Part shown: positions 58,079 to 64,000 of the stretch, in pieces
Position numbering within the stretch: the stretch's first letter is position 1
Layout: the number at the start of each line of letters is the position of its first letter
Sequence record: SRR22947725_1144
Length of the DNA: 64,000 bases
Strand: one strand, 5' to 3'
Made by a program: the position numbers and the translations under genes
The notes under the pieces: generated by a model
The model's database searches: none
Seen by the model: only the letters and a program-made list of their open reading frames with translations
Told to the model about the DNA's origin: nothing

Positions 58079-60493
58079 TCAATTCCGTTTTGCTTTATTC
58101 CCGAACATAACGGGTAACATCTCTTCGACGTGACGCACCCAGTGAATCTTCAATTTCTTTTGGACTTCAGCTGGTGCCTCAATCCAATCCTTTTTGTTTG
58201 CCTCGGGCAGTATAATCTCTTTGATCCCAGATCTGGCGGCAGCCAGAAGTTTTTCCTTGATACCACCCACAGGCAACACTCTGCCTCTCAAACTTATTTC
58301 ACCGGTCATCGCCATGCGCGATGAAATGAGTGTTTGGGTAAACAAGGATGCAAGCGCAGCAAAGATCGCAATGCCAGCACTCGGTCCATCTTTAGGAGTA
58401 GCACCGGCAGGTACGTGAATGTGAATGTCCAGATTCTCTATGCTGGGCAGGGCAAGCCCCATCGACTTGGCTTGGCTTCTGAGGTGCGTCAACGCAGCTT
58501 GAGCGCTTTCTTTCATGACCTCGCCCAACGAGCCTGTCAGTATTAGTTTCCCTTTGCCCGGTAAGGAAGTTGCCTCGACAAAGAGAATTTCTCCCCCGCT
58601 GGGTGTCCACCCCAAGCCAACCGCGATACCACTGTCTTCGATCGTTTCGTGATCCGGGGCTGGATGCTTGGGTTGCCCCAGTTGTGTTTGAATCCATGCT
58701 TCGGATATCGTTATCTTTCCTTGGCAGTCGGGAGATTCAAGTTGTTCTCTTGCGGCTTTGCGCAACGTCGATGCAATGGTCCTCTCCAGTTGTCTGACAC
58801 CTGCTTCACGGGTGTATAGATCGACCAACATACGTATGCTGGCGGATGGAAGTTTAATCTGGCGAGTTTTAAGACCATGATCTTTGAGTAATCTGGGGAG
58901 AAGATGTCGTCTCGTGATTTTTATTTTCTCAGCCGTCGTGTAGCTGGGAAGTTCAATCACCTCCAGACGATCACGTAGAGCAGGATGAACAGGGTCGAGC
59001 CAATTGGCAGTCGTGATGAAAAGAATTTCACTCAGATCAAACGGTAATTCCAGATAATGGTCACTGAAATGTTTGTTTTGCTGAGGGTCCAAGACCTCTA
59101 AAAGCGCAGAAGCAGGGTCACCTCTGAAATCGGAACCCAATTTATCGATCTCATCGAGCAAGATAACGGGATTCTTGACTTTCAGTCGCTTCAAGGTCTG
59201 GAGTATGCGACCGGGCATGGATCCAACATAAGTTCGACGGTGCCCCCGTATTTCACCTTCATCGCGTACTCCACCAAGTGAAATGCGTGCAAAGGGGCGA
59301 CCCAAAGCTTCGGCGATACTTCGCCCCATGGATGTTTTGCCTACCCCCGGCGGCCCTACCAAACATAGGATCGGACCACGCACGGGATTTTGAAGTTTCA
59401 TCACGGCAAGGTGCTCCAACAAGCGGTTCTTGACCTGCTTGAGCCCAAAATGCTGAGCGTCCAGAATCCGGGATGCCTCTTGTAGATCCAATTGGTCTTT
59501 TACCGATTGACTCCACGGCAATGATGCCAGCCATTCCACGTAATGCCGGGCTACCGTATATTCGGGCAACGATGTGGGAATGGTTTTCAGTCGATCAAGC
59601 TCCTTAAGTGCAATTTCCTGAGTATCGGCAGGCATCCCACTTTCCTCAATGAGAGCCTTTAAAACTGCCATTTCCCTACCGGCCGAATCATCTTCACCTA
59701 ATTCACGCTGAATGACCCGAAGTTGTTCCCGCAGGTAGTAGTCCCGCTGACTCTTGGAAACAGAAGCTGTTACTTCCTTCTGGATACGCGCCCCTATCGA
59801 TTGAAGCTCCAGCTCATGCTTGAGTAGGGGCAGTAGAATCTTGAGTCTTTCTGTGACGACATGAGCACTCAAAAGCTTTTGATGATCAGCAAGACCAAGA
59901 TTGAGGTTGGCCCCTATGAGGTCAGATAGTTTCTCCGGATCTTCCGTATTCAGATTCGAGGACTTAACCTGATCGGTGAGCGTCGGAGATTTTTCAAGTA
60001 TGGCTTCAAACAGTTTCTTGGCACTCCTGACAAGCGCCTTGGCCTCTAAGCTTGCTTCGGCAGGCTCATGAAAATACTCCACATTGGCAAGCAAGTAGGG
60101 ATCAGTTTGCTTAAAATCGAGTAAACGGATTCGTTTCAGACCCTCAATCAGGATCCTGACTGAATTGTTGGACTGCTTCACCATTTTTTGAACTCGAGCC
60201 ATGCAGCCGTATGGGTGCAAGTCCTTGGGCTCTGGTTCTTCGACATCTGGTGTCGTTTGAAGCACCAAGCCGATGAGTCGATTGCCCGAAACAACATCGT
60301 CTACCAAACCTGAGCTTGGCGCGGATTCAATCAACAAGGGCGCAACCATGCCCGGAAAAATCACAATGTCTGATAAGCCAAGGATCGGAAGCTGCTCTGG
60401 AAGTGTTGCCTTAGGGCGCTTTTGAGGGTCCTCTACTGCTTTTGTAGAAGCCTTGATCTTAAGAATGTCTATGATGTCCTGATCCAAATGCAT
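58079..60493 (-). CDS. lon: ATP-dependent protease La
   Basis: LON N-domain, Walker A GPPGVGKT, IRGHRRTYVG, catalytic PKDGPSAG and GGIKEK. Confidence 0.97.
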   Translation of the reverse strand: MHLDQDIIDILKIKASTKAVEDPQKRPKATLPEQLPILGLSDIVIFPGMVAPLLIESAPSSGLVDDVVSGNRLIGLVLQTTPDVEEPEPKDLHPYGCMARVQKMVKQSNNSVRILIEGLKRIRLLDFKQTDPYLLANVEYFHEPAEASLEAKALVRSAKKLFEAILEKSPTLTDQVKSSNLNTEDPEKLSDLIGANLNLGLADHQKLLSAHVVTERLKILLPLLKHELELQSIGARIQKEVTASVSKSQRDYYLREQLRVIQRELGEDDSAGREMAVLKALIEESGMPADTQEIALKELDRLKTIPTSLPEYTVARHYVEWLASLPWSQSVKDQLDLQEASRILDAQHFGLKQVKNRLLEHLAVMKLQNPVRGPILCLVGPPGVGKTSMGRSIAEALGRPFARISLGGVRDEGEIRGHRRTYVGSMPGRILQTLKRLKVKNPVILLDEIDKLGSDFRGDPASALLEVLDPQQNKHFSDHYLELPFDLSEILFITTANWLDPVHPALRDRLEVIELPSYTTAEKIKITRRHLLPRLLKDHGLKTRQIKLPSASIRMLVDLYTREAGVRQLERTIASTLRKAAREQLESPDCQGKITISEAWIQTQLGQPKHPAPDHETIEDSGIAVGLGWTPSGGEILFVEATSLPGKGKLILTGSLGEVMKESAQAALTHLRSQAKSMGLALPSIENLDIHIHVPAGATPKDGPSAGIAIFAALASLFTQTLISSRMAMTGEISLRGRVLPVGGIKEKLLAAARSGIKEIILPEANKKDWIEAPAEVQKKLKIHWVRHVEEMLPVMFGNKAKRN

Positions 60494-60695
60494 GCCGCTT
60501 GAGGGCAGGAAGAAAATTATACGACGACTCCCTCGCCTATCGTGGGTTGAAGGTATCCGATCTTCGCTCGACTTGACGAGGGAAAAGTCGATAATTCGGT
60601 ATAAATGGAATTTTAGAGCAATTTTAAGGTATTTTTTTCAAGTCAGGCTTTGCACATCGTCAGAGAACCGTATACTCAGTTGTCTTTGGAATAGT

Positions 60696-61757
60696 ATGAT
60701 ACAGGATACAGACGATTTAAGAATACAATCATTACACCCGCTACTTTCGCCAGCCATTCTTAAGGAGGAGATTCCCCTTTCGGAAAAAGCTTCAGTGGTT
60801 GTTTCAAATGCCAGAATTGAGGCGGAGCAGATTGTGCGCGGTCAAAGTGACCGACTACTGGTGATCGTTGGCCCTTGCTCAATTCATGACACCGAAGCAG
60901 CGATGGAATACGCGGAACATCTCAAGGAATCCTGCGATCGGTTTCGTGATAACCTGTGTATCCTCATGCGTGTTTATTTTGAAAAACCCAGAACAACCGT
61001 TGGTTGGAAGGGATTGATCAATGACCCCAATATCGATAATAGTTTTAAGATTAACCAAGGACTCAGGCAAGGAAGACAACTTTTGCAGAATCTGGCAGGA
61101 ATGGGCATTCCTGCGGCCACAGAATTTCTGGACACAATCGTACCTCAGTTTATTGCGGATCTGATTGCATGGGGAGCCATAGGGGCTCGTACTACTGAAA
61201 GTCAGGTCCATCGTGAGTTGGCTTCGGGCTTATCGATGCCCGTTGGCTTTAAAAACGGCACTGACGGCAATGTCCAGATAGCTATCGATGCAGTTAGCGC
61301 GTCTCGCCAACCTCATCATTTTCTTTCGGTGACAAAACAAGGGATAGCAGCCATCGTGCAAACGAAAGGCAACGATAGCTGCCACTTGATACTTCGAGGA
61401 TCGAAGGCTGGCCCCAATTACGATGAAGAGAGTATTCAAACAGTCTGCAAAGCTTTGCAGAAAAGCCAATTGCACCAAGCGGTAATGGTCGATTGCAGCC
61501 ACGGAAATTCGGCTAAAGATCATCTAAAACAGCCTGGCGTAGCTGAATCCATAGCAAAGCAAATTGCTTCAGGATCTACCCGCATTTCTGGCGTCATGCT
61601 GGAGAGCCATTTGGTTGAAGGTAATCAATCCTATAAGCAAGATGGTTCGGCAGTGTACGGAAAAAGCATCACTGATGCATGCATGTCATGGAACCAAACG
61701 CTACCCGTCCTTGAAAAGCTGGCGGAGGCGGTCAGCAAACGGCGCCAATCTCAATAA
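60696..61757 (+). CDS. aroG: Class I-alpha DAHP synthase (AroG/AroF/AroH type; feedback specificity not determinable)
   Basis: Motifs GPCSIHD, RVYFEKPRTTVGWKG, IGARTTESQ.HR, DCSHGNS and SITDAC. Start MIQDTDDLRI at 60696. Confidence 0.93.
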   Translation: MIQDTDDLRIQSLHPLLSPAILKEEIPLSEKASVVVSNARIEAEQIVRGQSDRLLVIVGPCSIHDTEAAMEYAEHLKESCDRFRDNLCILMRVYFEKPRTTVGWKGLINDPNIDNSFKINQGLRQGRQLLQNLAGMGIPAATEFLDTIVPQFIADLIAWGAIGARTTESQVHRELASGLSMPVGFKNGTDGNVQIAIDAVSASRQPHHFLSVTKQGIAAIVQTKGNDSCHLILRGSKAGPNYDEESIQTVCKALQKSQLHQAVMVDCSHGNSAKDHLKQPGVAESIAKQIASGSTRISGVMLESHLVEGNQSYKQDGSAVYGKSITDACMSWNQTLPVLEKLAEAVSKRRQSQ

Positions 61758-62359
61758 CTTCCCTTTAGTTCATCAATGCTGGCAAATCCATCGGCCCCTA
61801 AACGGGCCAATGGGTTCACTGCTTTGGCACATACAGATGGGACTGGCGAATCTCCTTCGACCGATGCCACTTTGTCATCCAGAAATAAGAGTTTGATCTT
61901 TCCCAGAACTAGAGCTTGAGGCCCATCACCAAGCAGGATGATGCTGTGCTTTTCGCAATAAAAGGCAACAGGAGCTGATTCGACACGCGGAAGAGGTGAG
62001 CCATCAAAAGCCACTAGGTCTAATTTTGTGTCTTCGACTTCTGAAATACCATGATCAAGCGGTCGAGACGATTGAAGCAATGGATCAACATCGTGGGTAT
62101 TTGGAATATGAACCACGAAATGAGAGCGTTCCTCAATATTCACCCAGGTATCTTTTTTTAAACCGTTCTTTTTATGTCCAATGGAGATCGAAAGCATTGG
62201 CGGACGACTACATACGGCGTTAAAATACGAAAAAGGTGCTAGATTTAATTTTCCATTTCCATGATCGCTCAAAACCCATGCAATGGGTCTGGGAATAATA
62301 GCCTGAGTCATGGTGAAATACGCCTGACTGGATGAGAGTTGATCAAAATCGATTACCAT
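61751..62359 (-). CDS. Flavin reductase-like FMN-binding protein
   Basis: Motifs PRPIAWV, NLAPFSYFN, KKDT..NI and PLARLG. Confidence 0.9.
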   Translation of the reverse strand: MVIDFDQLSSSQAYFTMTQAIIPRPIAWVLSDHGNGKLNLAPFSYFNAVCSRPPMLSISIGHKKNGLKKDTWVNIEERSHFVVHIPNTHDVDPLLQSSRPLDHGISEVEDTKLDLVAFDGSPLPRVESAPVAFYCEKHSIILLGDGPQALVLGKIKLLFLDDKVASVEGDSPVPSVCAKAVNPLARLGADGFASIDELKGSY

Positions 62360-62448
62360 GGCTTTGATTAGACTGGATTATTGGGATAAGGCATAACCTC
62401 CATCTGATTGTGTGGTTCAGTAACATGCGCTGCAACAGGCGAAAGCAC

Positions 62449-62478
62449 AAAAAAGCCCTTTGGGAATTCCCAAAGGGC
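62449..62478 (-). terminator. Intrinsic terminator of the FecR-like gene
   Basis: GCCCTTTGGG-AATT-CCCAAAGGGC with an A6 tract on the + strand (U tract on the minus strand). Confidence 0.85.
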
Positions 62479-62552
62479 CTTGCTGAAAATTTATAATTTG
62501 AGATTGGTTAAAATAAGGTCGTTAACGCTCCCAAACGGAAGTTCCCCTGGTT

Positions 62553-63278
62553 TTACTGTTGTTTGGAAGGGGAAATAAAGAAATTAAAAGGACGTGTAAA
62601 CGTTTCGGTAGGAGGAGTAACGACGCCTTCCGGCAATGCAGCGATCTTAACACTTACATCGTTGATTACCTCTGGAGCGATCGGAGTGATGCCTCCTGTT
62701 GTGGGGTTGAACTGATTACCACCTCCAATGCGAACGCTTCTGACAACTCCATCTCTGGTGTAAACAAACACACCGTAACCGGCAAGAACGTCAACCCTGT
62801 CAGGGGTGGAAATTTGATAACTTGTTTGCTCGTCACCTGCGTCGATGCCGATGACGCCCATGGGAACTTTAACTTCAAACTTGGAAAGTGCAGAAGAAAA
62901 CTTGTTAACTATACCGAGAATGCTCCCGTCACGCAGGTCAATCTGGGTGTCGGATACGATACCAGCACCTGTCTTCTCGATGCTCAGACGATCCACAACG
63001 ACAGTCGTGTTGGAATCAACGACCATTGAGCCGATGTCATTGCCAAGTGCCAGAGTAACTTCTCCACCCTCGGCAGTGCTAATGACGCTGCCAGGAGTCA
63101 AGGTTGCGCCCTCGGTAATTGCTGCAGCACCGCTGCCGTTGTCAAACGTAGCACGCCCATCAACTGAGGTGACAGTTAAACTAGCTGTTTCGGCGTGTGT
63201 TGACACGCAAAGTCCTATGGTGAGCAGCGTAATCGCCGTCAGGAGGAGTTTCGGTTGGATACGAGTCTTGTTAATCAT
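62553..63278 (-). CDS. Secreted FecR-domain-like protein
   Basis: Signal peptide; V..V.G; G..L..G..I.T; L..G.I.G.V.K; FEVK.P.GV.GI pattern; GGAG Shine-Dalgarno. Confidence 0.7.
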   Translation of the reverse strand: MINKTRIQPKLLLTAITLLTIGLCVSTHAETASLTVTSVDGRATFDNGSGAAAITEGATLTPGSVISTAEGGEVTLALGNDIGSMVVDSNTTVVVDRLSIEKTGAGIVSDTQIDLRDGSILGIVNKFSSALSKFEVKVPMGVIGIDAGDEQTSYQISTPDRVDVLAGYGVFVYTRDGVVRSVRIGGGNQFNPTTGGITPIAPEVINDVSVKIAALPEGVVTPPTETFTRPFNFFISPSKQQ

Positions 63279-63859
63279 ATATGCTCCTACAGTGATCGAT
63301 GTGATTTCGATTTGTTATAATTCTGCAATTTTTTTTAATAATGTCAATCAGATTCCATTGTATCTACCGTAATGGGGGCAGAGCTGGACGGAAGTATTTA
63401 CAACTTGGGAAAAACTATATTAAGTAAAGTTGAGGATCAAGAAAGTAATGGGGAATAAAACGTTTGTTGGAAAAACACAAAAGGAAAACACGGCTCACTA
63501 AAGCATGGGGCATCATCGGACTTTGTTATTTCCAAAGACGGGGTCAGGGCAGCGTTCCAACTATTCTCATTTTCTAGTTGATAGCTATCATGCCAAAGTG
63601 GAAATTTATGTTCCTACAAACCAAAAGTTTGGCAGATTTGAGATAAAACTGTGGTGCTAATGTTTGCAAGAACCTCGCAAACCTTTCATAACCAACTTAG
63701 AAAGTTCAATTCAAGTGATCATCACACCCAATGCTAAGACGAAATAATCGCAAAAAAAAGTTGTCACTTTTGAGAAAATGCACCAAGCTATAACAAATGC
63801 GGTCACTGGTCCCTAATGGAACCGGGGACCTAATTTGTTAATAACTTAGAGGAACTGAT

Positions 63860-64000
63860 ATGAAACTTAACAAATGGACAGTCGCACTAGCCGCCGCAGG
63901 GCTGGTTAGTTTGGGACAAAACGCACAAGCGGAAGAAGCCGGCAATGCCGTGATGACCGCTTTCTCAAAAACAACCCTTAGCGGGTTTGTGGATACGTCA
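63860..64000 (+). CDS. Outer-membrane beta-barrel porin-like protein, 3'-truncated (not in the ORF track)
   Basis: GAGGA SD at 63849-63853, then MKLNKWTVALAAAGLVSLGQNAQA-EEAGNAVMTAFSKTTLSGFVDTS running off the edge. The TTLSG.VD pattern is typical of BBP2/DUF1597-type porins. Confidence 0.7.
   Translation, partial: MKLNKWTVALAAAGLVSLGQNAQAEEAGNAVMTAFSKTTLSGFVDTS

Noticed and set aside
60492-60695. 68 aa N-terminal extension of the DAHP synthase (similar extensions at 10581, 12385, 34293, 48605)
   Set aside because: These extensions cross promoter regions or neighbouring genes; family similarity begins at the downstream ATG.
1-64000. CRISPR arrays, tRNA/rRNA, IS elements, integrases, prophage or defence systems
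   Set aside because: No regularly spaced direct repeats, tRNA arm motifs, or transposase, integrase or phage proteins were seen by eye; tRNAscan-SE and Infernal scans would be needed to fully exclude small RNAs.

Overview
A 64 kb chromosomal window, most likely from a Verrucomicrobiota genome (Pedosphaerales/Limisphaerales-like). This is inferred from a PEP-CTERM protein, an MRTKTLL...SVNAVGYVN secreted protein, PVC-type multi-domain cytochrome c and beta-propeller proteins, and an MKLNKWTVAL-type porin. It holds about 43 CDS. Housekeeping genes are carA, surE, dnaE, pyrD, tyrA-aroA-cmk-plsC, lon and a DAHP synthase. Interspersed cell-surface genes are a strongly promoted two-gene operon (a secreted internally duplicated protein plus a PEP-CTERM protein), a ~1800 aa MBG-repeat adhesin/S-layer-like protein, a flippase and FkbM methyltransferase, two O-antigen ligase/polymerase-like genes flanking a methyltransferase, and a 1700 aa LamG/Ca-binding/gingipain-fold protein. 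The best-supported hidden signal is at the very start: the 85 aa ORF is really the 3' part of a GrdB/PrdB-family selenoprotein, with an in-frame UGA in a U-x-x-C motif and a textbook bacterial SECIS hairpin 11 nt downstream. Other signals are apparent leaderless genes (including dnaE), a perfect 19-bp inverted repeat upstream of the giant surface protein, and a terminator immediately in front of the flippase. I saw no tRNA, rRNA, CRISPR array, IS element or prophage. All calls are by eye from motifs; no database searches were run.
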